Translations under genes and position numbers: made by a program
Notes under the pieces: generated by a model
Told to the model about the DNA's origin: nothing
Databases searched by the model: none
Seen by the model: only the letters and a program-made list of their open reading frames with translations
Shown here: positions 37,801 through 52,800 of the stretch, piece after piece
How the letters are laid out: every line of letters begins with the position of its first letter
Position numbering within the stretch: the stretch's first letter is position 1
NCBI GenBank assembly: GCA_964016885.1
Contig: OZ024740.1
Coordinates: 37,758,001 to 37,822,000 of the forward strand
Direction: 5' to 3'
Source of the DNA: Eledone cirrhosa
Lineage: Eukaryota
DNA length: 64,000 nt

Positions 37801-40800
37801 TAAAAGACAGTATAGTTTGTGACAATAACTAGGTTTAAACAATGGTCCTATGGTTTATTACGGTAAAAAGACAGTATAGTTTCTGACAATACCTAGGTTT
37901 AAACAATGGTCCTATGGTTTATTACAGTTAAAAGAAAGTATAGTTTGTGACAATACCTAGGTTTAAACAATGGTCCTATGGTTTATTACAGTTAAAAGAC
38001 AGTATAGTTTGTGACAATACCTAGGTTTAAACAATGGTCCTATGGTTTATTACAGTTAAAAGAGAGTATAGTTTGTGACAATACCTAGGTTTTAAAATGG
38101 TCCTATGGTTTATTAGTTAAAAGACAGTATAGTTTGTGACAATACCTAAGTTTAAACAATGGTCCTATGGTTTATTACAGTTAAAAGACAGTATAGTATG
38201 TGACAATACCTAGGTTTTAACAATGGTCCTATGGTTTATTAGTTAAAAGACAGTATAGTTTGTGACAATACCTAGGTTTAAACAATGGTCCCATGGTTTA
38301 TTACAGTTAAAGACAGTATAGTTTGTGACTATACCTAGGTTTAAACAATGGTCCTATGGTTTATTACAGTTAAAAGACAGTATAGTTTGTGACAATACCT
38401 AGGTTTAAACAATGGTCCTATGGTTTATTACAGTTAAAAGACAGTATAGTTTGTGACAATACCTAGGTTTAAACAATGGTCCTATGGTTTATTACACTTA
38501 AAAGACAGTATAGTTTGTGACAATACCTAGGTTTAAACAATGGTCCTATGGTTTATTACAGTTAAAAGACAGTATAGTTTGTGACAATACCTAGGTTTTA
38601 ACAATGGTCCTATGGTTTATTACAGTTAAAAGACAGTATAGTTTGTGACAATACCTAGGTTTAAACAATGGTCCTATGGTTTATTACGGTAAAAAGACAG
38701 TATAGTTTGTGACAATACCTAGGTTTAAACAATGGTCCTATGGTTTATTACAGTTAAAAGACACTATAGTTTGTGACAATACCTAGGTTTAAACAATGGT
38801 CGTATCGTTTATTACAGTTAAAAGACAGTATAGTTTGTGCCAATACCTAGGTTTAAACAATGGTCCTATGGTTTATTACAGTTAAAAGACAGTATAGTTT
38901 GTGACAATACCTAGGTTTAAACAATGGTCCTATGGTTTATTACAGTTAAAGGACAGTATAGTTTGTGACAATACCTAGGTTTAAACAATGGTCCTATGGT
39001 TTATTACAGTTAAAAGACAGTATAGTTTGTGACAATACCTAGGTTTAAACAATGGTCCTATGGTATATTACAGTTAAAAGACAGTATAGTTTGTGCCAAT
39101 ACCTAGGTTTAAACAATGGTCCTATGGTTTATTACAGTTAAAAGACAGTATAGTTTGTGCCAATACCTAGGTTTAAACAATGGTCCTATGGTTTATTACA
39201 GTTAAAAGACAGTATAGTTTGTGACAATACCTAGGTTTAAACAATGGTCCTATGGTTTATTACACTTAAAAGACAGTATAGTTTGTGACAATACCTAGGT
39301 TTAAACAATGGTCCTATGGTTTATTACAGTTAAAAGACAGTATAGTTTGTGACAATACCTAGGTTTAAACAATGGTCCTATGGTTTATTACAGTTAAAAG
39401 ACAGTATAGTTTGTGACAATACCTAGGTTTAAACAATGGTCCTATGGTTTATTACACTTAAAAGACAGTATAGTTTGTGACAATACCTAGGTTTAAACAA
39501 TGGTCCTATGGTTTATTACAGTTAAAAGACAGTATAGTTTGTGACAATACCTAGGTTTTAACAATGGTCCTATGGTTTATTACAGTTAAAAGACAGTATA
39601 GTTTGTGACAATACCTAGGTTTAAACAATGGTCCTATGGTTTATTACGGTAAAAAGACAGTATAGTTTGTGACAATACCTAGGTTTAAACAATGGTCCTA
39701 TGGTTTATTACAGTTAAAAGACACTATAGTTTGTGACAATACCTAGGTTTAAACAATGGTCGTATCGTTTATTACAGTCAAAAGACAGTATAGTTTGTGC
39801 CAATACCTAGGTTTAAACAATGGTCCTATGGTTTATTACAGTTAAAAGACAGTATAGTTTGTGACAATACCTAGGTTTAAACAATGGTCCTATGGTTTAT
39901 TACAGTTAAAGGACAGTATAGTTTGTGACAATACCTAGGTTTAAACAATGGTCCTATGGTTTATTACAGTTAAAAGACAGTATAGTTTGTGACAATACCT
40001 AGGTTTAAACAATGGTCCTATGGTATATTACAGTTAAAAGACAGTATAGTTTGTGCCAATACCTAGGTTTAAACAATGGTCCTATGGTTTATTACAGTTA
40101 AAAGACAGTATAGTTTGTGCCAATACCTAGGTTTAAACAATGGTCCTATGGTTTATTACAGTTAAAAGACAGTATAGTTTGTGACAATACCTAGGTTTAA
40201 ACAATGGTCCTATGGTTTATTACACTTAAAAGACAGTATAGTTTGTGACAATACCTAGGTTTAAACAATGGTCCTATGGTTTATTACAGTTAAAAGACAG
40301 TATAGTTTGTGACAATACCTAGGTTTAAACAATGGTCCTATGGTTTATTACAGTTAAAAGACAGTATAGTTTGTGACAATACCTAGGTTTAAACAATGGT
40401 CCTATGGTTTATTACAGTTAAAAGACAGTATAGTTTGTGACAATACCTAGGTTTAAACAATGGTCCTATGGTTTATTACAGTTAAAAGACAGTATAGTTT
40501 GTGACAATACCTAGGTTTTAACAATGGTCCTATGGTTTATTACAGTTAAAAGACAGTATAGTTTGTGACAATAACTAGGTTTAAACAATGGTCCTATGGT
40601 TTATTACGGTAAAAAGACAGTATAGTTTCTGACAATACCTAGGTTTAAACAATGGTCCTATGGTTTATTACAGTTAAAAGAAAGTATAGTTTGTGACAAT
40701 ACCTAGGTTTAAACAATGGTCCTATGGTTTATTACAGTTAAAAGACAGTATAGTTTGTGACAATACCTAGGTTTTAAAATGGTCCTATGGTTTATTAGTT

Positions 40801-43800
40801 AAAAGACAGTATAGTTTGTGACAATACCTAAGTTTAAACAATGGTCCTATGGTTTATTACAGTTAAAAGACAGTATAGTATGTGACAATACCTAGGTTTT
40901 AACAATGGTCCTATGGTTTATTAGTTAAAAGACAGTATAGTTTGTGACAATACCTAGGTTTAAACAATGGTCCCATGGTTTATTACAGTTAAAGACAGTA
41001 TAGTTTGTGACTATACCTAGGTTTAAACAATGGTCCTATGGTTTATTACAGTTAAAAGACAGTATAGTTTGTGACAATACCTAGGTTTAAACAATGGTCC
41101 TATGGTTTATTACAGTTAAAAGACAGTATAGTTTGTGACAATATCTAGGTTTTAACAATGGTCCTATGGTTTATTACAGTTAAAAGACAGTATAGTTTGT
41201 GACAATACCTAGGTTTAAACAATGGTCCTATGGTTTATTACAGTTAAAAGACAGTATAGTTTGTGACAATACCTAGGTTTAAACAATGGTCCTATGGTTT
41301 ATTACAGTTAAAAGACAGTATAGTTTGTGACAATATCTAGCTTTAAACAATGGTCCTATGGTTTATTACAGTTAAAAGACAGTATAGTTTGTGACAATAC
41401 CTAGGTTTAAACAATGGTCTTATGGTTTATGACAGTTAAAAGACAGTATATTTTGTGACAATACCTAGGTTTAAACAATGGTCCTATGGTTTATTACAGT
41501 TAAAAGACAGTATAGTTTGTGACAATACCTAGGTTTAAACAATGGTCCTATGGTTTATTACAGTTAAAAGACAGTAAAGTTTGTGACAATACCAAGGTTT
41601 TAACAATGGTCCTATGGTTTATTACAGTTAAAAGACAGTATAGTTTGTGACAATACCTAGGTTTAAACAATGGTCCCATGGTTTATTACAGTTAAAGACA
41701 GTATAGTTTGTGACTATACCTAGGTTTAAACAATGGTCCTATGGTTTATTACAGTTAAAAGACAGTATAGTTTGTGACAATACCTAGGTTTAAACAATGG
41801 TCCTATGGTTTATTACAGTTAAAAGACAGTATAGTTTGTGACAATACCTAGGTTTAAACAATGGTCCTATGGTTTATTACAGTTAAAAGACAGTATAGTT
41901 TGTGACAATACCTAGGTTTAAACAATGGTCCTATGGTTTATTACAGTTAAAAGACAGTATAGTTTGTGACAATATCTAGCTTTAAACAATGGTCCTATGG
42001 TTTATTACAGTTAAAAGACAGTATAGTTTGTGACAATACCTAGGTTTAAACAATGGTCCTATGGTTTATTACAGTTAAAAGACAGTATAGTTTGTGACAA
42101 TACCTAGGTTTAAACAATGGTCCTATGGTTTATTACAGTTAAAAGACAGTATAGTTTGTGACAATACCTAGGTTTAAACAATGGTCCTATGGTTTATTAC
42201 AGTTAAAAGACAGTAAAGTTTGTGACAATACCAAGGTTTTAACAATGGTCCTATGGTTTATTACAGTTAAAAGACAGTATAGTTTGTGACAATACCTAGG
42301 TTTAAACAATGGTCCTATGGTTTATTACAGTTAAAAGACAGTATAGTTTGTGACAATACCTAGGTTTAAACAATGGTCCTCTGGTTTATTACAGTTAAAA
42401 GACAGTATAGTTTGGGACAATACCTAGGTTTAAACAATGGTCCTATGGTTTATTACAGTTAAAAGACAGTATAGTTTGTGACAATACCTAGGTTTAAACA
42501 ATGGTCCTATGGTTTATTACAGTTAAAAGACAGTATAGTTTGTGACTATACCTAGGTTTAAACAAGGTCCTATGGTTTATTATAGTTAAAAGACAGTATA
42601 GTTTGTGACAATATCTAGGTTTAAACAATGGTCCTATAGTTTATTACAGTTAAAAGACAGTATAGTTTGTGACAATACCTAGGTTTTAACAATGGTCCTA
42701 TGGTTTATTAGTTAAAAGACAGTATAGTTTGTGACAATACCTAGGTTTAAACAATGGTCCTATGGTTTATTACAGTTAAAAGACAGTATAGTTTGTGACA
42801 ATACCTAGGTTTAAACAATGGTCCTATGGTTTATTACAGTTAAAAGACAGTATAGTTTGTGACAATACCTAGGTTTAAACAATGGTCCTATGGTTTATTA
42901 CAGTTAAAAGACAGTATAGTTTGTGCCAATACGTAGGTTTAAACAATGGTCCTATGGTTTATTACAGTTAAAAGACAGTATAGTTTGTGCCAATATCTAG
43001 GTTTAAACAATGGTCCTATGGTTTATTACAGTTAAAAGACAGTATAGTTTGTGCCAATACCTAGGTTTAAACAATGGTCCTATGGTTTATTACAGTTAAA
43101 AGACAGTATAGTTTGTGACAATACCTAGGTTTAAACAATGGTCCTATGGTTTATTACACTTAAAAGACAGTATAGTTTGTGACAATACCTAGGTTTAAAC
43201 AATGGTCCTATGGTTTATTACAGTTAAAAGACAGTATAGTTTGTGACAATACCTAGGTTTAAACAATGGTCGTATGGTTTATTACAGTTAAAAGACAGTA
43301 TAGTTTGTGCCAATACCTAGGTTTAAACAATGGTCCTATGGTTTATTACAGTTAAAAGACAGTATAGTTTGTGACAATAACTAGGTTTAAAAAATGGTCC
43401 TATGGTTTATTACGGTAAAAAGACAGTATAGTTTGTGACAATACCTAGGTTTAAACAATGGTCCTATGGTTTATTACAGTTAAAAGACAGTATAGTTTGT
43501 GACAATACCTAGGTTTAAACAATGGTCCTATGGTTTATTACAGTTAAAAGACAGTATAGTTTGTGACAATACCTAGGTTTAAACAATGGTCCTATGGTTT
43601 ATTACAGTTAAAAGACAGCATAGTTTGTGACAATACCTAGGTTTAAACAATGGTCCTATGGTTTATTACAGTTAAAAGACAGTATAGTTTGTGACAATAC
43701 CTAGGTTTTAACAATGGTCCTATGGTTTATTACAGTTAAAAGACAGTATAGTTTGTGAAAATACCTAGGTTTAAACAATGGTCCTATGGTTTATTACGGT

Positions 43801-46800
43801 AAAAAGACAGTATAGTTTGTGACAATACCTAGGTTTAAACAATGGTCCTATGGTTTATTACAGTTAAAAGACAGTATAGTTTGTGACAATACCTAGGTTT
43901 AAACAATGGTCCTATGGTTTATTACGGTAAAAAGACAGTATAGTTTGTGACAATACCTAGGTTTAAACAATGGTCCTATGGTTTATTACAGTTAAAAGAC
44001 ACTATAGTTTGTGACAATACCTAGGTTTAAACAATGGTCGTATCGTTTATTACAGTTAAAAGACAGTATAGTTTGTGCCAATACCTAGGTTTAAACAATG
44101 GTCCTATGGTTTATTACAGTTAAAAGACAGTATAGTTTGTGACAATACCTAGGTTTAAACAATGGTCCTATGGTTTATTACAGTTAAAGGACAGTATAGT
44201 TTGTGACAATACCTAGGTTTAAACAATGGTCCTATGGTTTATTACAGTTAAAAGACAGTATAGTTTGTGACAATACCTAGGTTTAAACAATGGTCCTATG
44301 GTATATTACAGTTAAAAGACAGTATAGTTTGTGCCAATACCTAGGTTTAAACAATGGTCCTATGGTTTATTACAGTTAAAAGACAGTATAGTTTGTGCCA
44401 ATACCTAGGTTTAAACAATGGTCCTATGGTTTATTACAGTTAAAAGACAGTATAGTTTGTGACAATACCTAGGTTTAAACAATGGTCCTATGGTTTATTA
44501 CACTTAAAAGACAGTATAGTTTGTGACAATACCTAGGTTTAAACAATGGTCCTATGGTTTATTACAGTTAAAAGACAGTATAGTTTGTGCCAATACCTAG
44601 GTTTAAACAATGGTCCTATGGTTTATTACAGTTAAAAGACAGTATAGTTTGTGACAATACCTAGGTTTAAACAATGGTCCTATGGTTTATTACAGTTAAA
44701 AGACAGTATAGTTTGTGACAATATCTAGGTTTAAACAATGATCCTATGGTTTATTATAGTTAAAAGACAGTATAGTTTGTGACAATACCTAGGTTTAAAC
44801 AATGGTCGTATGGTTTATTACAGTTAAAAGACAGTATAGTTTGTGACAATACCTAGGTTTAAACAATGGTCCTATGGTTTATTACAGTTAAAAGACAGTA
44901 AAGTTTGTGACAATACCAAGGTTTTAACAATGGTCCTATGGTTTATTACAGTTAAAAGACAGTATAGTTTGTGACAATACCTAGGTTTAAACAATGGTCC
45001 TATGGTTTATTACAGTTAAAAGACAGTATAGTTTGTGACAATACCTAGGTTTAAACAATGGTCCTATGGTTTATTACAGTAAAAAGACAGTATAGTTTGG
45101 GACAATACCTAGGTTTAAACAATGGTCCTATGGTTTATTACAGTTAAAAGACAGTATAGTTTGTGACAATACCTAGGTTTAAACAATGGTCCTATGGTTT
45201 ATTACAGTTAAAAGACAGTATAGTTTGTGACTATACCTAGGTTTAAACAAGGTCCTATGGTTTATTATAGTTAAAAGACAGTATAGTTTGTGACAATATC
45301 TAGGTTTAAACAATGGTCCTATAGTTTATTACAGTTAAAAGACAGTATAGTTTGTGACAATACCTAGGTTTTAACAATGGTCCTATGGTTTATTACAGTT
45401 AAAAGACAGTATAGTTTGTGACAATACCTAGGTTTTAACAATGGTCCCATGGTTTATTAGTTAAAAGACAGTATAGTTTGTGACAATACCTAGGTTTAAA
45501 CAATGGTCCTATGGTTTATTACAGTTAAAAGACAGTATAGTTTGTGACAATACCTAGGTTTAAACAATGGTCCTATGGTTTATTACAGTTAAAAGACAGT
45601 ATAGTTTGTGCCAATACCTAGGTTTAAACAATGGTCCAATGGCTTATTACCGTTAAAAGACAGTATAGTTTGTGCCAATACCTAGGTTTAAACAATGGTC
45701 CTATGGTTTATTACAGTTAAAAGACAGTATAGTTTGTGACAATACCTAGGTTTAAACAATGGTCCTATGGTTTATTACAGTTAAAAGACAGTATAGTTTG
45801 TGACAATACCTAGGTTTTAACAATGGTCCCATGGTTTATTAGTTAAAAGACAGTATAGTTTGTGACAATACCTAGGTTTAAACAATGGTCGTATGGTTTA
45901 TTACAGTTAAAAGACAGTATAGTTTGTGACAATACCTAGGTTTAAACAATGGTCCTATGGTTTATTACAGTTAAAAGACAGTAAAGTTTGTGACAATACC
46001 AAGGTTTTAACAATGGTCCTATGGTTTATTACAGTTAAAAGACAGTATAGTTTGTGACAATACCTAGGTTTAAACAATGGTCCTATGGTTTATTACAGTT
46101 AAAAGACAGTATAGTTTGTGACAATACCTAGGTTTAAACAATGGTCCTATGGTTTATTACAGTAAAAAGACAGTATAATTTGGGACAATACCTAGGTTTA
46201 AACAATGGTCCTATGGTTTATTACAGTTAAAAGACAGTATAGTTTGTGACAATACCTAGGTTTAAACAATGGTCCTATGGTTTATTACAGTTAAAAGACA
46301 GTATAGTTTGTGACTATACCTAGGTTTAAACAAGGTCCTATGGTTTATTATAGTTAAAAGACAGTATAGTTTGTGACAATATCTAGGTTTAAACAATGGT
46401 CCTATAGTTTATTACAGTTAAAAGACAGTATAGTTTGTGACAATACCTAGGTTTTAACAATGGTCCTATGGTTTATTACAGTTAAAAGACAGTATAGTTT
46501 GTGACAATACCTAGGTTTTAACAATGGTCCCATGGTTTATTAGTTAAAAGACAGTATAGTTTGTGACAATACCTAGGTTTAAACAATGGTCCTATGGTTT
46601 ATTACAGTTAAAAGACAGTATAGTTTGTGACAATACCTAGGTTTAAACAATGGTCCTATGGTTTATTACAGTTAAAAGACAGTATAGTTTGTGCCAATAC
46701 CTAGGTTTAAACAATGGTCCAATGGCTTATTACCGTTAAAAGACAGTATAGTTTGTGCCAATACCTAGGTTTAAACAATGGTCCTATGGTTTATTACAGT

Positions 46801-49800
46801 TAAAAGACAGTATAGTTTGTGACAATACCTAGGTTTAAACAATGGTCCTATGGTTTATTACAGTTAAAAGACAGTATAGTTTGTGACAATACCTAGGTTT
46901 AAACAATGGTCCTATGGTTTATTACAGTTAAAAGACAGTATAGTTTGTGCCAATACCTAGGTTTAAAGAATGGTCCTATGGTTTATTACAGTTAAAAGAC
47001 AGTATAGTTTGTGCCAATACCTAGGTTTAAACAATGGTCCTATGGTTTATTACAGTTAAAAGACAGTATAGTTTGTGCCAATACCTAGGTTTAAACAATG
47101 GTCCTATGGTTTATTACAGTTAAAAGACAGTATACTTTGTGACAATACCTAGGTTTAAACAATGGTCCTATGGTTTATTACACTTAAAAGACAGTATAGT
47201 TTGTGACAATACCTAGGTTTAAACAATGGTCCTATGGTTTATTACAGTTAAAAGACAGTATAGTTTGTGACAATACCTAGGTTTAAACAATGGTCCTATG
47301 GTTTATTACAGTTAAAAGACAGTATAGTTTGTGACAATACCTAGGTTTAAACAATGGTCCTATGGTTTATTACACTTAAAAGACAGTATAGTTTGTGACA
47401 ATACCTAGGTTTAAACAATGGTCCTATGGTTTATTACAGTTAAAAGACAGTATAGTTTGTGACAATACCTAGGTTTTAACAATGGTCCTATGGTTTATTA
47501 CAGTTAAAAGACAGTATAGTTTGTGACAATACCTAGGTTTAAACAATGGTCCTATGGTTTATTACGGTAAAAAGACAGTATAGTTTGTGACAATACCTAG
47601 GTTTAAACAATGGTCCTATGGTTTATTACAGTTAAAAGACACTATAGTTTGTGACAATACCTAGGTTTAAACAATGGTCGTATCGTTTATTACAGTTAAA
47701 AGACAGTATAGTTTGTGCCAATACCTAGGTTTAAACAATGGTCCTATGGTTTATTACAGTTAAAAGACAGTATAGTTTGTGACAATACCTAGGTTTAAAC
47801 AATGGTCCTATGGTTTATTACAGTTAAAGGACAGTATAGTTTGTGACAATACCTAGGTTTAAACAATGGTCCTATGGTTTATTACAGTTAAAAGACAGTA
47901 TAGTTTGTGACAATACCTAGGTTTAAACAATGGTCCTATGGTATATTACAGTTAAAAGACAGTATAGTTTGTGCCAATACCTAGGTTTAAACAATGGTCC
48001 TATGGTTTATTACAGTTAAAAGACAGTATAGTTTGTGCCAATACCTAGGTTTAAACAATGGTCCTATGGTTTATTACAGTTAAAAGACAGTATAGTTTGT
48101 GACAATACCTAGGTTTAAACAATGGTCCTATGGTTTATTACACTTCAAAGACAGTATAGTTTGTGACAATACCTAGGTGTAAACAATGGTCCTATGGTTT
48201 ATTACAGTTAAAAGACAGTATAGTTTGTGCCAATACCTAGGTTTAAACAATGGTCCTATGGTTTATTACAGTTAAAAGACAGTATAGTTTGTGACAATAC
48301 CTAGGTTTAAACAATGGTCCTATGGTTTATTACAGTTAAAAGACAGTATAGTTTGTGACAATATCTAGGTTTAAACAATGATCCTATGGTTTATTATAGT
48401 TAAAAGACAGTATAGTTTGTGACAATACCTAGGTTTAAACAATGGTCGTATGGTTTATTACAGTTAAAAGACAGTATAGTTTGTGACAATACCTAGGTTT
48501 AAACAATGGTCCTATGGTTTATTACAGTTAAAAGACAGTAAAGTTTGTGACAATACCAAGGTTTTAACAATGGTCCTATGGTTTATTACAGTTAAAAGAC
48601 AGTATAGTTTGTGACAATACCTAGGTTTAAACAATGGTCCTATGGTTTATTACAGTTAAAAGACAGTATAGTTTGTGACAATACCTAGGTTTAAACAATG
48701 GTCCTATGGTTTATTACAGTAAAAAGACAGTATAGTTTGGGACAATACCTAGGTTTAAACAATGGTCCTATGGTTTATTACAGTTAAAAGACAGTATAGT
48801 TTGTGACAATACCTAGGTTTAAACAATGGTCCTATGGTTTATTACAGTTAAAAGACAGTATAGTTTGTGACTATACCTAGGTTTAAACAAGGTCCTATGG
48901 TTTATTATAGTTAAAAGACAGTATAGTTTGTGACAATATCTAGGTTTAAACAATGGTCCTATAGTTTATTACAGTTAAAAGACAGTATAGTTTGTGACAA
49001 TACCTAGGTTTTAACAATGGTCCTATGGTTTATTACAGTTAAAAGACAGTATAGTTTGTGACAATACCTAGGTTTTAACAATGGTCCCATGGTTTATTAG
49101 TTAAAAGACAGTATAGTTTGTGACAATACCTAGGTTTAAACAATGGTCCTATGGTTTATTACAGTTAAAAGACAGTATAGTTTGTGACAATACCTAGGTT
49201 TAAACAATGGTCCTATGGTTTATTACAGTTAAAAGACAGTATAGTTTGTGCCAATACCTAGGTTTAAACAATGGTCCAATGGCTTATTACCGTTAAAAGA
49301 CAGTATAGTTTGTGCCAATACCTAGGTTTAAACAATGGTCCTATGGTTTATTACAGTTAAAAGACAGTATAGTTTGTGACAATACCTAGGTTTTAACAAT
49401 GGTCCTATGGTTTATTACAGTTAAAAGACAGTATAGTTTGTGACAATACCTAGGTTTAAACAATGGTCCTATGGTTTATTACAGTTAAAGGACAGTATAG
49501 TTTGTGACAATACCTAGGTTTAAACAATGGTCCTATGGTTTATTACAGTTAAAAGACAGTATAGTTTGTGACAATACCTAGGTTTAAACAATGGTCCTAT
49601 GGTATATTACAGTTAAAAGACAGTATAGTTTGTGCCAATACCTAGGTTTAAACAATGGTCCTATGGTTTATTACAGTTAAAAGACAGTATAGTTTGTGCC
49701 AATACCTAGGTTTAAACAATGGTCCTATGGTTTATTACAGTTAAAAGACAGTATAGTTTGTGACAATACCTAGGTTTAAACAATGGTCCTATGGTTTATT

Positions 49801-52800
49801 ACACTTCAAAGACAGTATAGTTTGTGACAATACCTAGGTGTAAACAATGGTCCTATGGTTTATTACAGTTAAAAGACAGTATAGTTTGTGCCAATACCTA
49901 GGTTTAAACAATGGTCCTATGGTTTATTACAGTTAAAAGACAGTATAGTTTGTGACAATACCTAGGTTTAAACAATGGTCCTATGGTTTATTACAGTTAA
50001 AAGACAGTATAGTTTGTGACAATATCTAGGTTTAAACAATGATCCTATGGTTTATTATAGTTAAAAGACAGTATAGTTTGTGACAATACCTAGGTTTAAA
50101 CAATGGTCGTATGGTTTATTACAGTTAAAAGACAGTATAGTTTGTGACAATACCTAGGTTTAAACAATGGTCCTATGGTTTATTACAGTTAAAAGACAGT
50201 AAAGTTTGTGACAATACCAAGGTTTTAACAATGGTCCTATGGTTTATTACAGTTAAAAGACAGTATAGTTTGTGACAATACCTAGGTTTAAACAATGGTC
50301 CTATGGTTTATTACAGTTAAAAGACAGTATAGTTTGTGACAATACCTAGGTTTAAACAATGGTCCTATGGTTTATTACAGTAAAAAGACAGTATAGTTTG
50401 GGACAATACCTAGGTTTAAACAATGGTCCTATGGTTTATTACAGTTAAAAGACAGTATAGTTTGTGACAATACCTAGGTTTAAACAATGGTCCTATGGTT
50501 TATTACAGTTAAAAGACAGTATAGTTTGTGACTATACCTAGGTTTAAACAAGGTCCTATGGTTTATTATAGTTAAAAGACAGTATAGTTTGTGACAATAT
50601 CTAGGTTTAAACAATGGTCCTATAGTTTATTACAGTTAAAAGACAGTATAGTTTGTGACAATACCTAGGTTTTAACAATGGTCCTATGGTTTATTACAGT
50701 TAAAAGACAGTATAGTTTGTGACAATACCTAGGTTTTAACAATGGTCCCATGGTTTATTAGTTAAAAGACAGTATAGTTTGTGACAATACCTAGGTTTAA
50801 ACAATGGTCCTATGGTTTATTACAGTTAAAAGACAGTATAGTTTGTGACAATACCTAGGTTTAAACAATGGTCCTATGGTTTATTACAGTTAAAAGACAG
50901 TATAGTTTGTGCCAATACCTAGGTTTAAACAATGGTCCAATGGCTTATTACCGTTAAAAGACAGTATAGTTTGTGCCAATACCTAGGTTTAAACAATGGT
51001 CCTATGGTTTATTACAGTTAAAAGACAGTATAGTTTGTGACAATACCTAGGTTTAAACAATGGTCCTATGGTTTATTACAGTTAAAAGACAGTATAGTTT
51101 GTGACAATACCTAGGTTTAAACAATGGTCCTATGGTTTATTACAGTTAAAAGACAGTATAGTTTGTGCCAATACCTAGGTTTAAAGAATGGTCCTATGGT
51201 TTATTACAGTTAAAAGACAGTATAGTTTGTGCCAATACCTAGGTTTAAACAATGGTCCTATGGTTTATTACAGTTAAAAGACAGTATAGTTTGTTCCAAT
51301 ACCTAGGTTTAAACAATGGTCCTATGGTTTATTACAGTTAAAAGACAGTATACTTTGTGACAATACCTAGGTTTAAACAATGGTCCTATGGTTTATTACA
51401 CTTAAAAGACAGTATAGTTTGTGACAATACCTAGGTTTAAACAATGGTCCTATGGTTTATTACAGTTAAAAGACAGTATAGATTGTGACAATACCTAGGT
51501 TTAAACAATGGTCCTATGGTTTATTACAGTTAAAAGACAGTATAGTTTGTGACAATACCTAGGTTTAAACAATGGTCCTATGGTTTATTACACTTAAAAG
51601 ACAGTATAGTTTGTGACAATACCTAGGTTTAAACAATGGTCCTATGGTTTATTACAGTTAAAAGACAGTATAGTTTGTGACAATACCTAGGTTTTAACAA
51701 TGGTCCTATGGTTTATTACAGTTAAAAGACAGTATAGTTTGTGACAATACCTAGGTTTAAACAATGGTCCTATGGTTTATTACGGTAAAAAGACAGTATA
51801 GTTTGTGACAATACCTAGGTTTAAACAATGGTCCTATGGTTTATTACAGTTAAAAGACACTATAGTTTGTGACAATACCTAGGTTTAAACAATGGTCGTA
51901 TCGTTTATTACAGTTAAAAGACAGTATAGTTTGTGCCAATACCTAGGTTTAAACAATGGTCCTATGGTTTATTACAGTTAAAAGACAGTATAGTTTGTGA
52001 CAATACCTAGGTTTAAACAATGGTCCTATGGTTTATTACAGTTAAAGGACAGTATAGTTTGTGACAATACCTAGGTTTAAACAATGGTCCTATGGTTTAT
52101 TACAGTTAAAAGACAGTATAGTTTGTGACAATACCTAGGTTTAAACAATGGTCCTATGGTATATTACAGTTAAAAGACAGTATAGTTTGTGCCAATACCT
52201 AGGTTTAAACAATGGTCCTATGGTTTATTACAGTTAAAAGACAGTATAGTTTGTGCCAATACCTAGGTTTAAACAATGGTCCTATGGTTTATTACAGTTA
52301 AAAGACAGTATAGTTTGTGACAATACCTAGGTTTAAACAATGGTCCTATGGTTTATTACACTTAAAAGACAGTATAGTTTGTGACAATACCTAGGTTTAA
52401 ACAATGGTCCTATGGTTTATTACAGTTAAAAGACAGTATAGTTTGTGACAATACCTAGGTTTAAACAATGGTCCTATGGTTTATTACAGTTAAAAGACAG
52501 TATAGTTTGTGACAATACCTAGGTTTAAACAATGGTCCTATGGTTTATTACAGTTAAAAGACAGTATAGTTTGTGACAATACCTAGGTTTAAACAATGGT
52601 CCTATGGTTTATTACAGTTAAAAGACAGTATAGTTTGTGACAATACCTAGGTTTTAACAATGGTCCTATGGTTTATTACAGTTAAAAGACAGTATAGTTT
52701 GTGACAATAACTAGGTTTAAACAATGGTCCTATGGTTTATTACGGTAAAAAGACAGTATAGTTTCTGACAATACCTAGGTTTAAACAATGGTCCTATGGT